A stretch of 64,000 nt of DNA. Source: the human T2T-CHM13v2.0 reference genome, Homo sapiens. This document shows, one piece after another, positions 1 through 15,948 of the stretch. The translations under genes were made by a program, and so were the position numbers. Each line of letters starts with the position of its first letter. Within the stretch, counting starts at the first letter, position 1. Below the pieces are notes generated by a model. That model did no database searches and was not told the DNA's origin. It was given only the letters and a program-made list of their open reading frames with translations. Location: NCBI RefSeq assembly GCF_009914755.1, contig NC_060942.1. One strand, 5' to 3'.

Positions 1-140
1 CCCAGCTAATGTTTGTATTTTTGTGAAGATGGGGTTTCACTGGCTTGGTCAAGCTGGTTTCAAACTCCTGACCTCAGGTGATCCGCCCACCTCAGCCTCC
101 CAAAGTGCTAGGATTACAGGTATGACCCACCACGCCCGGC
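1..140 (-). mobile_element. Alu (left arm; runs off window start)
   Basis: ctcctgacctcaggtgatccgcccacctcagcctcccaaagtgctaggattacagg. Confidence 0.93.
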
Positions 141-687
141 TGAAAAATGCAGTTCTTAATCCAAGTTCGGGCTCACATGTAGTTTTGGGAGAAGGCAGAG
201 GCATAACTGCCCCATCAAGGAGGCAGCAATGCCAAAGGGAGAGGCTGAGCCAGGAAGGACACAGCAGAACTTGGCAGAACCTGAGGAGCGCCTCCTTCCA
301 ATGGGCATAACTTCTAGAAGGCAAGAGGAAAGTTAGTTAAGGAAAAAGAGTTTCCACCACAACCTCTGCTAGCAGGCCCTTTATTGGGATACAGTATAAG
401 TTCATTTCAGAATGTGTGAGAAAACTTTAAAATTTGTGTTTTAGAAAGAGTCTATAATGAGTGTTCTTGATAAGTACTATATTTCAGTTAGTCTGAAATG
501 ACGATTTCAACTTTTGAGATACTGACTTGTGACATAATTTTTGTTAATGGGATATGTTATCTTATTGAAAGTATCTGTGAGAGTTTTCCCTGAAAAAATT
601 TTTGGCATTTAAACTTGTACACTAAAAGCCTCTGACTAGTATTTCCCCCAAAGTATGATTGCCTATAATTTACTGCAAAAAAAAAAG

Positions 688-1076
<389 letters not shown>

Positions 1077-1683
1077 TAGGGTATGATGTTTTGGTGTTCT
1101 TCAGACCCCGGCTGACTTGAGAGGTTATCTCCTGATGTTATTAGGATTTTTAAAGTAGGGTAAAGGAGGTAAATGCAGTGTCACGATTTTGAGATTCTGT
1201 TAAAATGAGCTAGAAAGCAGCTGAAAAAAATTCGTGTTGGATCAGGTGTACTTTCCTCCAGATGACAGCTTTGAATTTGTCCCTTTTGTAGTCTTTGGTC
1301 AAATTGCTGGTGACCAGAAGTAGCTGCCTTGTCATTGCTGGACTTCTAGAAGGATTGGGACTGCCCAGCTGCTGTGTGAACTTGCCTGTCACCTCTGCTT
1401 CCAGAGGTCTGACTTGTCACTGTGGCAAATGGGCAGAGGACTTTGATTTCTGTTTTTTATTAAACACTGAGGTATATTTTGAAATGTATGCCTGAAAGAT
1501 GCTCAAAATGGTGTGACTAATGCATTTTAAAACTGCATTTATTTGATTGAAATGAACCTTAACCTATACTTTAGCCGTAATATGGTGGGAGAATTCTCAC
1601 ATTGGATGACCAGCTAGTTGTCAGTGTTTGACGCTGACACTTTAGTGGCCATCTGGCCCTCCGTGAGCATTGAACTGTCATGA

Positions 1684-1932
<249 letters not shown>

Positions 1933-2100
1933 TGATTTTATATCATAATTTCTTCTGTCAGTAAACATTGTTGAGAATGTAAAGATTACAGTGACGCAGG
2001 GAATTAATTACCATCTGAATATTAATTTGAAAGTGCCTATAAAAGCCGTATTTGACAAGTATAGGTGGCTCTATATTATAGAAACGGGAATAACATTATT

Positions 2101-2543
2101 TTTATTTTTATTTTTTTTGAAGACAGTGTCTTGCTCTGTCGCCCAGGCTAGAGTGCAGTGGTGCAGTCTTGGCTCACTGCAACCTCCGCCTCCTGGGTTC
2201 GAGCAATTCTCCTGCCTCAGCCTCCTGAGTAGCTGGGATTACAGGCACGCATCACCACACCCGGCCAGTTTTTGTATTTTTAGTAGAAATGGGGTTTCAC
2301 CATGTTGGCTAGGATGGTCTCAATCTCCTGACCTCGAGATCCGCCTGCTGCCTCAGCCTCCTAAAGTGCTGGGGTTATAGGTGCATGCCATCACAATGGC
2401 TAATTTTTTTTTTTTTTTTTTTTCCTAGTAGAGACGGGTTTCACCATGTTGGCCAGGCTGGTCTTGAACTCTTGACCTCATGATCCACCTGCCTTGGCCT
2501 CCCAAAGTGCTTAGATTACAGGCGTGAGCCACTGTGTCCAGCC
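2101..2543 (-). mobile_element. Trimeric Alu (right arm + two left arms)
   Basis: Two A-rich linkers and two left-arm segments; flanked by TSD acattattttt (2093, 2545). Confidence 0.88.
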
Positions 2544-3170
2544 CACATTATTTTTCAGTATGAAAATCTTAAGATATTTTTAGTTTGTAATTTATTTTTC
2601 ACAGGGGTCTAACCATGTCTCATTAAATGACAGCTTGTTTTTATCATAGTTGAGCTGTTGAATGAGCCCTGTAACTTGTTTGGGTATCATATGCATATTT
2701 TTATTGAGTCGCTTTGACACTTGGAAGAGATTTATTACCATGAAAATATAAATTTAGGTGAACAGAAATGTGTAATTTTCCCTTTAAATAGTTATGGTAT
2801 GTTACTTAAAACGTTATGAATTAAACAACAAATTAGCCATAATCTTCCATGCTATCTTACCAGCTCTGTTTATGTACTAAAAATCCATTCTTCTTAGACA
2901 TTGTGTTAGGAAGATCATTTAGAATGCGGCGATTCAACTTGGAAAAGCAAAAGTAATGATTCCATAACACATTCACTCTAAGTTATTTTATACCATTGTT
3001 TAATTACAGCGTATAGCTTCTATGCTGCTCCCACGGTGAATCCTCAGTGGTTAAAAGTAAAAGAAAATCCATGACAATTGTTTATAAACTCCAGAGAAGT
3101 GTGTGTGTGTGTTTGTTTTTTTGCCCACACATATAGTAACAAGTGCTGGAAATCAGTCACTGTTCAGAGA

Positions 3171-3390
3171 GGCATTGTTATAAAGTGGTTAAGAGCACAG
3201 CCTCTGTCTGGAACCAGGCCTCTTTGATTCACATCATGGCCCTACCACTTGCTAGATGTTACCTTGGGCAGGTTATTTTCTGTGCCTCAGTTTCCTCATC
3301 TGTTAATTGGGGGAGTTATCTTCCTCGTGATTATTGTGAAGGTTGTGTGCCTCATGAGAGGCACTTAGTAGGTGTTAATTATAGTTATCA
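3171..3390 (+). mobile_element. MIR SINE
   Basis: gtggttaagagcac...ccttgggcaggttattttctgtgcctcagtttcctcatctgt core. Confidence 0.85.
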
Positions 3391-3479
3391 CCGGGGCTAT
3401 TGTTGTTACATGGTTTCATTGGGGAGCTGGGTGGATCCCTACTTCTTTCTAGTGTTTACCCCAGTGTCTCCTTCTCTGA

Positions 3480-3677
<198 letters not shown>

Positions 3678-5079
3678 TGAAAGAAAAGCTGAGCAATGTT
3701 TTATTGTTTTTTGTTGCTTAAGGAGAATCTCTTACGTAAATAGTGACCAAGGGTCTTCCAGCTCCCAGCTAACTCTGACATTTTCCAAAGTTCCTCCTTC
3801 CCTAGGAGAAGCAGGACTGTACTAAAATTAGCCCAAGCAGGTGAGAATCTTTCTTGATTTGGAAGGCAGCTTTGCTCACCCTTATACCACTAACACTTTC
3901 TTGGTTTATAAAGAACTCAAAGAAGTAAAACTCCATGATGTCTGTAATTATTAGCTTTAACCTTGTAGAATTCCTTTCCCAGCCAAAAGGCTCATGAAAA
4001 TAGTACCTTTATCACAAAGGTAGTATTTCACAGTAACAATTAAAAGCCATCAGGCCTAATCAGTCCTCTTAAGTCATATTCTGCAGGATTTATCATTCTC
4101 ATTTCGCTGATAAGGGCACAATGCTTAAGTGGCTCATCCAAGACAAGGTTTGAGTGGGAGATAGAAGACGTCTCCTAAGTCCCAGAGTATGAACCCTTGA
4201 GAAATGTTGTGAAATTGTGACACTGTCATCAAGGTAGCATTTTAACTTGGGCTCTCAACCATCAGAAACATACTTTCTAGAAGCTTCAGATGGGCCCAAT
4301 GCCTGAGCCCAATGGAATCAGTCACAAAGACTTCCATGTTTGACAATACAAAACTGTGCAGAAATAACCCATAGAAAATCCCTGCTTGTGCATAGAATTA
4401 AGAGCAAATGAAGTCTCAGTGTTTCTCAAGAAACTGAACTTAAAAATGTACAATAGTAAATGATGATAGTCACTCCACTGAAAATGGCATCCTAAAAAAA
4501 AATAGTCATTACTATGACCATAACAAACATAAATGATAGCACTGCATACAATGTAAAAGCAAGTAAGTACTCACAAAATTGTTACTTTTTGGTTATGGTG
4601 TTTTTATTTTAAAAGACAGTATACGCCTCTATTACATGAGTTGCATTTATCATTCAGTTAATGTGATTTCACTTTGAAATTCTGTGACTTTTTCAAAAAG
4701 AGATGTGTCGCCAAGATGAAAATGTAGTACTAAATGGACAGGATAAAAGAAATTGCATATATATGGGATATTTGAACTGATAAAACTGTTGTTATAGAAA
4801 CAACATAAACAATGAAGCCTTGTATTTAAAACCTATAAAAGCAAGGAGGTACCACAGAATCCATGGCAGTAACACACCTTTAGTAAACCAAGTAAACACT
4901 GTAATTTTTTTCAGCAATAATCATAAGTTAGCAATTCTAATTATTTAAATGAGGAGCTCCTGAATTTAATTATTCTAGATCTGTGAAATATCATTAAGAC
5001 CCAAATACAATGTTGTATTATTTCACATCGTGTTCACTGTTAAATGAGAGTCAAATCGGATATTTGCTCATTGGGATTA

Positions 5080-5393
<314 letters not shown>

Positions 5394-5739
5394 AGACTGA
5401 TTCTTTCACAGTAACCAATGTGGGAAGATGTGAATTGTCCCCCATCCCTACCACAGAGTCTTCTTGTACCATTTACTTATCACAAAATATTAAAAATGAG
5501 TAAATACTAGAAACTGATACTATGGATGAACTTGCCGATAAGGAGACTCTGGCTTCTGTGTGTGACCTGCTGCTAATCTTCATTCATATCAATTAGGCTT
5601 CATTTAACCACATAGACTAATACAAACAAGTTAGAGGAATATTAAGACACTACACAGTAGATCTTTTTTTTTAGCTTGATCTCACTATTTTTAATCATTC
5701 CTGTCTTTACTACTTGAAGTCCACTTAGAAGCTAAAATT

Positions 5740-6040
<301 letters not shown>

Positions 6041-6472
6041 GCAGCTAAAATTATAAATACCAGATCTTTCAGAAGTAGGCCAAGATGATGTCTGAGCTCC
6101 TCTGAATATAGGATGCAACTGACTCTTTTTCAATTGTAGTAATCAATAAATGTTGGGTAGCCACATATCACTATTTCTTCCGTCTATTCACATCACATTA
6201 AAATTTACCCTGAGGGTGCATCTTAGAGCAAACTACAAGACTGCTAGCTTCTTTCTGTTTGTAAAGCAGCATTAGAGTGTTGCAGAGTCCTGTTGAGTCT
6301 CCTTTCTGAAAGTTTTGGTCTCCTCTTACTTTTGCCACTAATTCTAAGGACCAATCAAAATTCCAGTCTGCTTAACTGAAAATTAAAGTGAAAGATAACT
6401 TTTTCAAGGATGACTGTCCTTGCTCTGAAAAGATGTTTCATTTAATTACCTTCTAATATCGAAGAGCGGTGA

Positions 6473-6853
<381 letters not shown>

Positions 6854-8222
6854 TAGTTTTTCACCCAAATTTATACCAATTTTGATTTGCTCACTTAAAC
6901 CTCTTGGTACATTAGTTAGTAATTCCTTTTACCTTATTGAGTTACTATAGTTATGCTCCAGTGATCTGTACTTTGAAAACACATTGAGTCCCTTTAACCA
7001 GGAAGAACTCTTCTGGGCGACCGTCCACATGTTCCTTTCCCTTCCTAATGACCTGAAGTCTGAACTCTACAGAGCCTCTGTACCTTCTCTTTAAAGGCAG
7101 CTCTGCTCACCAGGAATTGGCTATAATTCTTTCCAACTCTCTCATCATTTTAATAGCTATCAGCAAATGTAGAGGTGTAGGGGATTTTGTAACATCTGAT
7201 GTATGTAAAAAGAAATATTCAAGTTGGAAGGCAGACTAGAACTGCCCTGAGAGATGTTTGATGTACACATTAAAAATAAGAAATTTTACATAAATTTGTT
7301 TCTTCTTTTGGAGGTGAAAATATGTGGTTTTAATGTGTTCAATTTGATATTTTACCTTGACAGTTTTTGTCTGTTGCTACAAAACCTTGATCATTTTTAA
7401 GACTAATAATGTATTACGTATGAATTTGAAGGGGGAAAAGTGCATTTAAGGTTTTTGAAATCACAGTGTCTTCCCTCTCATGTATGTTTTTTCTTGACTT
7501 CAAAGGATATTTTGGCCTAGGTTTTAATTTTTTATGTTTGAGAAAAAATTAATGAGTATACTAGTCAAGGAAGCAGTCAAAATAATAGAGTCATTTGTGA
7601 CTTACACTGGAGAGACTTAATAATAAGCTTGATAAGAGCGTCTTTTCTGGGATGGTTTCAGTACAGGGCTCCCAAAAACAAAATAATCAACTGAGATGGA
7701 CTGGTAGGATCCTTCTCAACCTCATGATCTGTGATTTTCCTTGAACGAATGGCACTTTCTCTCCTTTTCAAAATCAATGTCAATTTTATTTCCCAAAGAA
7801 CTCACTTTCCTGGAAACTGGTGATTCCTCCCTCTTTCTTTGTACTTTCTGATGCTGTAAACTCACTGATCACCAGTGGCCTCTTGAGTTTTGAGTGTGGG
7901 GAGATTTCAGAATCTGCTAATTATTTGACAATGGCAGGCAAAACCAGACCAGCTTTCCATTTTTCTCTAAGGCAGCTCACTCTTTTGAGGTTGTCATTGT
8001 TTACCCAGGTCAAGGATGAGCCACCTTGGGGGGCATAGGGGTCACGCTTCCTTTGTGCTACTGGTCATCAGCGACTGCTGGCTTTGTCTGGATAGGGTGG
8101 GTTTCAGGGATTCTGATCTCACGTCACCTGCCTTACAGCGCTGCCACAGCAGTGGGCCCTGATTCAGACAGCAGGGGGTCATCCCCTAAGTGCATTTCAC
8201 TGATGTAAATTATCATTCACAG

Positions 8223-8282
8223 CCCAGTGCCCCAGCTGGGAGAGCGCGTTCATCAACTGTCACGGGTGGTGAGGAACCAACG
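8223..8282 (+). CDS. NEDD4L: NEDD4L cassette exon (~13): PSAPAGRARSSTVTGGEEPT, RxRxxT motif (T367)
   Basis: Weak acceptor tatcattcacag|, ACG|gtaatg donor; 60 nt, phase 0/0; not in the ORF track but matches the 20-aa alternatively spliced NEDD4-2 segment. Confidence 0.93.
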
Positions 8283-9040
8283 GTAATGATCCACTTTATC
8301 AGACATCAATAGCAAGAGGCCGTGAGGCAGTTTTAATATTTCGTGTAGTGGTGAATATACGCTGTTTTTAAAAATAAGATTAGCTCCTTTGTGCTACAGA
8401 GCTGCACACGTTTCTTATTTTAAGCTTCTCATTTGGGGATTGTTTAAAGGTACTGGGTAAAATAGAATGATTTTTTTAGTCCCACATAATTTTATTAGGA
8501 ATACTATCAGGCTTTGGTTAAGTGCATTTAACTTGACCATTTAGAAGATATTTTTGACTTTTAGTGTTTGTACTCCTGATAAGTTTTTCCATTTCATTAG
8601 AATGCTTGGTTAAAGTAATTTGGTTGGAAGATCATCAAAGAAGCCACAGGAATTGCATGAGACTGTGTGTGTGATTCCTGGATGTGCCCAGGGCCCTTCT
8701 CTTTTCTGTATCTCCCCTACCACATTTTTCACAGGGGGTTAGACTTTTCTTGTCCCCAGAATGCACCATGACCCTTTCTCTGCCACCAGGGGCTCTCCTC
8801 ACACAATGAACAAGTTTCCGTAATTCCAAGGGAACATAATTAGGATATATAAGTGATCTAGAAAAATTTATGTTTCTCTAAGCCAACCATTCTTATTCAT
8901 TATTTTAAAGAATGTATGGTATTCCTGTCTGTGGGTGACTTAGATTTGTATTTTAATTGCCTGTTTTCTACTTGATCCCTAAAGTTAGGCTAGCTTATAG
9001 TTTATGCTTCGCACTGCAATAGCTGTTTAAAGAATTTCCT

Positions 9041-9350
<310 letters not shown>

Positions 9351-10294
9351 TCACCTGTGTTGTATTTTGCTATAACTGCTCATTACTTGTGGATAACTTT
9401 ACGTATACAATTGCTGATTTTCTAAAGATGTTGATGACTTCAATTTAATGCTCAGCATTGTACAGAGGAAAATCAAACTGGCAACAGTCAGCCCCAGAAC
9501 ACTCAGCTCAGGTTAGGATATTGAGCTACAGTGGTTTACATGAGTCATATGTTGAGTGAGGCAGCCTCCAGTAGAATTCAAGAAATTCTACATGAACTAT
9601 TACCCACCGTGCACTTGTAATTTCTGTGGGAGTAGTGGAGCTTTGAGGGGGACAAGATCGTTTTGTGAGATAATTTCAGTTGAATTCAGTGCTGATGAAC
9701 ATCATCTGTATATCACCTATTTTTGTATTTTGTTGGCCTTGCAACCTGCGTGTAGCTTTGGAGTGTTGTGGTAGCTGATGTAGTAAATGAAGTAGGAATG
9801 GAATCATTGCAGTACCAGGCTCCATGGCAAGGGTCACCTGGCAGGACAAGGTGACCCCTCTGAATGAGATCCCGGGTGGCACGTTAGACTGCCATTTTCT
9901 TGCCTTCTTGCCTGCACTCTCCCCTCCCCGTCACTGAGTTTCAGCATGGGTTGGGTGTTTTCTTTCCACAGGCTTGGCAATATTCATTCCTAAGTGTTTC
10001 ATCTACTTTGGTAGATGTAGATAGATCTCCCTACCTACTTAGGTTTGAAAGGATCACATCCATTTCTCTTCTGCTGTATCCTGCATGTTTCTCTTCCACA
10101 TCCTTTGTCGTGAATGCCCTTGACTTCCTGTCTTGCAATTCTGTCTCTTCACCCCGTGTTTCCCTCTTTGGCATCCCCTCTGTTCCTCTGCACATCACTC
10201 ACACTGAAGTGTATTGTCCTGGGCTGGAGCCATCATGGTATTATATCATCTCACTGCCCCTGTGCTCTCACAGACATACGGCTGTGTACACATA

Positions 10295-10309
10295 GGTACA
10301 CATTGTGCC
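10295..10309. promoter_or_regulatory. Candidate steroid hormone response element (GRE/MRE/ARE/PRE)
   Basis: GGTACA-cat-TGTGCC matches RGNACAnnnTGTNCY exactly; motif only. Confidence 0.35.
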
Positions 10310-11379
10310 ACTTTATTTTATTTTTTTTAAATGGGATGTCATGTATACATTACTTAGCAACTTGGTTTTTTTTTTAACTTATGTTCATTCTTCTGGGACA
10401 TGTTAATAATTACATAATATTCACTGACGTAAAGGCACTACAGTGTTAATTTCCCGACATTCAAGGACTTTCTGCTCCCCCTACCCTGCCCTTTCAACTC
10501 CATACGCTGTGCTGAAGTAACCGTCCTGATATAGCTTTCTTTCTATGATAGTGCTTTCATTCCTGTAGTCTAATAAACAGGCCCTGATTCTCAGCCAAGA
10601 AACCACAGCCCTTTGATTTATGGCAAATAAACGCACAGTGGTGTCACTTTCTGGCAGACTAAGCCAGGGCCCTCCCCATGAGATAAAAGGAGAGGGATAG
10701 CACAGTCTTTTCAGTCTTTGTTGTATATATTCTAAAAATACACGAGCCACCATTACTGGGTTGGTGCAAGTCTTGGCAAATCTGTGATGGTCAGTGTCAA
10801 AGTGGTTATTTTTAAAAGCATATTGAAACTTCTGCAGTTTACAATCGTGTTCTTTATTTTAATGAAAGAAACAGAGCCACTAGGAAGTTCTAGCTAATGG
10901 CTTTTGGGCATCACAAAGCAGTAGTGTATTCAGTCTATGATGAAAAGCTGTGAAATGTTAAACTAAGTCGCCATTTCTAACTGGTTTGATTACTTTTTTG
11001 TTAAGCTAGGGTGGAACATGCTCACAAGCACAGAACAGCAGAAGGCTGGTTTTGGCTTCCTGGCGGGCCCTTCCATGGCCTGTCTGTAGAAGCTGAGTCC
11101 TGCCCCCTCAACTAGCCGTGCAGGGTGGGAGGCAGTGTGAGTTACAAATGGAATCATCAGCACAAGTTGTTCTATGTGGTCATTTGGAGAGAACACTGTA
11201 AAGAAACATTTCCAAATTGCCCTCTCACATAAATGTAACTAAATTACAGGTTGCCAGTTCAGTTCTCAATAGAAGAGAGAATGAGCATTTTAATCAAATT
11301 CAGCGTTCTGTACTACACTCCTAATTTTCCACAAACTGATTAGTGCTATTCACTGTGGCTGTATGAAAGTAACCTGTAT

Positions 11380-11678
11380 GGCCGGGTGCAGTGGCTCACA
11401 CTGGTAATCCCAGCACTTTGGGAGGCTGAAGCGGGTGGATCAATTGAAGTCAGCAGTTCGAGACCAGCCTGACCAACGTGGTGAAACCCTGCCTCTACTA
11501 AAAATACAAAAATTAGCTGGGCATGGTGGCGCTTGCCTATAATCCCAGCTACTCAGGAGGCTAAGGCAGGAGAATCACTTGAACATGGGAGGCGGAGGTT
11601 GCAGTGAGCCAAGATTGTGCCACTGTACTCCAGCCTGGGCGACAGAGCAATACTCTGTCTCAAAAAGGAAAAAACAAA
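11380..11678 (+). mobile_element. Alu, full length
   Basis: Both arms; TSD aaagtaacctg. Confidence 0.93.
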
Positions 11679-13732
11679 GTAACCTGGTTGCTAGAATTCA
11701 TACAGCTTTAGGATTCAGTTCTGACATGATCTATGACACATCCATGTGCTTTCAGTTGATCAGTTGCCTCCCAAGTGTCCTTTCCAGAGATTCAGTAACT
11801 GCAAAAATATCCTTAAGGTTTCCAGAGCTGAGGTTTCCGGAGCTGAGTTTTCCAGGGGCGGGGCCAGGGGGAGTGGGGAGTTATGGGAGGGAAGGGGCCT
11901 GGGAGAGGGGGAAGTGGATCACCAGAACGGCTGAAGGGGAGGGCTCTGGGCGGAGGGAGCTGAGAATGTAACACATTCCATTTAGTATTTCATTGATTGT
12001 ATAAACAATAGTAGGTCAAAACTTGATAGCACATACTTTGCCAGAGATACTAATTGACCAGGAACTTAGGTTACAACTTAGCTCAGCAGGGGAGTCCATT
12101 GAAGTGCCCGGATCCACGTAGCTCTTTGTGTTGGCATCGCTGCTAGAGGAGGAGGGGAGGAAGGAGCTTCACTCAGGCTGCATGCTAATTCATCGATGTT
12201 TAATATTCATGAAAGGATTAAGTCAGTGTTGATGTTTCTTCTGCTCCTGCTGAGTCTCCACACCTGGATCCAGAATGCTCCATGATCCGAGTCTTTGTGT
12301 CTTTATAAACTATCTTTAGGGAGCTTTAGGACTTTATCTCGGGAAATATTAAGGAAATGGTTTTCCTTAATATCAGCAGAAAGTTTTCTTACACATAATC
12401 TAAAATCAGCTGCTTCATGATCTTACCCAGGTGATCTTTCTCTGAATTGTGCTTTTAAGCCTGGGAGGTTAACATACTGCTTCTCTGTGGATGGGGTTTT
12501 CAAATTACCCGGCAGCATCCTTGTTGGTGCTTTCTCTAATTTGAGATCCTGGAGTCCACCAGGGAACTCCAGGTGACCACCTTCACCAAGACACATTGCT
12601 GGTAGTGCAGGGAAAAGGTGGCATAAGCACAGGAAGAAGTTAGGTTCAGAGGAAATTTGTATCCTCATCCTAATAGCAAGAAAACGACAACTGCTAAAAT
12701 ATCTGGAAGTAAAAGAAGCAGCTTCCTTTTGTAACCTCACGTGAGAGGTTATTCCTAAGGCATGGGCTCCTCCTATACCTTTAGATTCCCCTAGGAGCCG
12801 TGGTACAGCTGTGGTCGGCTTCTGGTTTCTGAGCTTTTCCCCACTTAGAGCTCTTTCACAGGCACAGATATTACATGCATCGCCTATGCATTCAAGCCCT
12901 CCTGGGACAGCCCTGATCTCCAGCATCTGTCCCAGTGCCTCCATACATCATCAACACATCCTTGTTTTTCAGTGTTTCTCCATCCACACTGCATTTCTTA
13001 GACTGCTTCTCAGGGATCTTCTTGTGATCAAATGTGGACTGTCTAAATACAGTCACTCTATGCGGGGCAGGTCTCTAAACCCAAAAACTGCCAAGCTGTG
13101 TTCACCTTCAAAGAAACACACTCCTATCAGCAGACTTGGGTGCACATAGCCTGGGGTGTGAGGCTGGGTGCTGGGAGACTTCCTGAGCTGGGGCACACAG
13201 ATGTCCTGGGTGGTCCTCCAGATTATATGCTACTGTGTGACCATCAGTATCCTAGAGAAGGGGCTCTGTGTTGGGATTTTAAAATTTTGCCCCAGAAGCT
13301 ACAGTGTTAGGGTCCTAAGCTGATGGAGGAATGTAGGCCTAAGCTAGAAGAGCACCCCATGGGAGCTACATCGAGGAGAAACTCAGAGCATCCCTCTCAT
13401 ACACAGTGACACTGGACAGTTTGAAATACCTTTAAGCTCTACCTGGTTTGGCAGTGGAATTTAGTAGCTAGAACAGATGATAATGTTTTTCCCTTTCCCT
13501 GTGATCACCTTGGCAGCAACCCTTTACGTTTGAGACTACGGGGTCTTAGAACCAAGTTCTGTAAGAATTTGGACTCTGCAACTGTATGGGGTTCATTTCA
13601 CAGTAGATTTGAAGCTGTTGGAAATCTATTGCTGTTTTCCAGACACTTGTAAGTGTTTTCTGTATAAATAGATCTAATTAACTTTGTCTAGAGAAAATAA
13701 TTATCTGGGTGTACCTTACTTTATTAAACTGA

Positions 13733-14023
<291 letters not shown>

Positions 14024-14423
14024 TAAAAGCTTTCTCACAAAGAAAATGCATTACTTTAAATACAATAATAGCCTAAGGAAGAATTTGCTTTTCAAATCAG
14101 TTTATCACTGAATATATTTTAAAAATGTGACGTGAAAGATATTTTCAAAGTAAGAGCCTATTGCAGTGTGTAGCTTCTTCCCTGCCCAGCCCCCACTTTA
14201 ATCCGAGGCTAGTTTTTATGCTGGGCTAGTGATTCATTTTTATTTCCCTTGAATGTGTTTCCCCATCCTTTCCCCCATCATTATGTTTAATTATTTCCTC
14301 CACGCTTTAAATAGGCCAGACCTCTTATTATTGCTGTTTGCGTTGTTGTTTGGGTTCGCGCTCCTAATCACACACACCGGGAGATCCTCCTATGAAGCTA
14401 ACTTGTTTTTGCCTCCAAAATAG

Positions 14424-14645
<222 letters not shown>

Positions 14646-15317
14646 TGATCAGTCGTTGTGTTGGTAGTGAAGGGTGTTCTTGTGCAGCCTTTCTACCTGC
14701 TTCTCTGTCTCGCCCAGTTAACATTCCTGGACTCTCTCACCTGATTCTCATTCTCATTTGGCTAAGGCCGTGGTGACTTGTGCTGGACGTGGGCACTCTC
14801 TTTTCAGGACTTCCACCGTTCTTGTTGTGTTTCGCTTCTTTTTGCCTGTTACCTCATTAGAATTGCGTAATCCCTCTTTCAAATACCAAGTGCTGATATT
14901 GAGTTTTTAAACATAGCTATTGCTTTGATCATTTGTTTTTCTTTCGACTGTAGGGTCTTTCATTCTATGGGCATACATGTTTCTGATGCATATTTGCATC
15001 TCTGCATCATGGCTGGGCATCTGCTTGTGCTCTCTGTCGTGTTTGTGTTGTTTTGGTGCCATCCTTTAACATCACAAATGTCAGAGTTAGAGAAGCCAAA
15101 GAGCAAATGTTTGAGGTTCTAAGCTTGACTGTGTCTTAGAGACAGCTGTGGGCTTCTCCACGCCCTGGGTCCAGATGCTGATAAGTGGGAATGGATGCTG
15201 TCTCTTCCACACTCTGATATGAATGTCATGGGTAACAACTGTGAGATTCCAGATCGTTGTATTTATTGATGTAGCTTTTTTCCTTTTTGTGCTCTAAAAC
15301 TTGCCAATCTGTTCTTC

Positions 15318-15440
15318 ATTAGACTGTGAGCTCATTAAGAGCAAGGGCACATTTTTCTCCACTCTGTAAAATCTCCATCCATAACGCTTAGTACAGAACA
15401 GTATTTTTGGTACATACTGAGTAGCTACCAAAGGATGGTG
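15318..15440 (+). mobile_element. L2 3' end fragment
   Basis: tagactgtgagctc...agcaagggc...tagtacag...tactgagtagct resembles L2 3' terminus. Confidence 0.6.
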
Positions 15441-15651
15441 GTTATAAGTACTTAATATTGTTGTGTGTTTATCCAACAGAGAAAATGTAAAGTTAGATTG
15501 ATTTAAAAGTAAATGAATGACAGAAAACAGGTTTTGGGGATCTTCCCTCTTGTCCATCTCCAAAGAGAAGCCTTCTGCAATACCCAGGTACATTTTGGCA
15601 CATTGGAATCGCACATGCTAAAGAGTTCTAATCCTCATTGTTATTCTTTAG

Positions 15652-15948
<297 letters not shown>

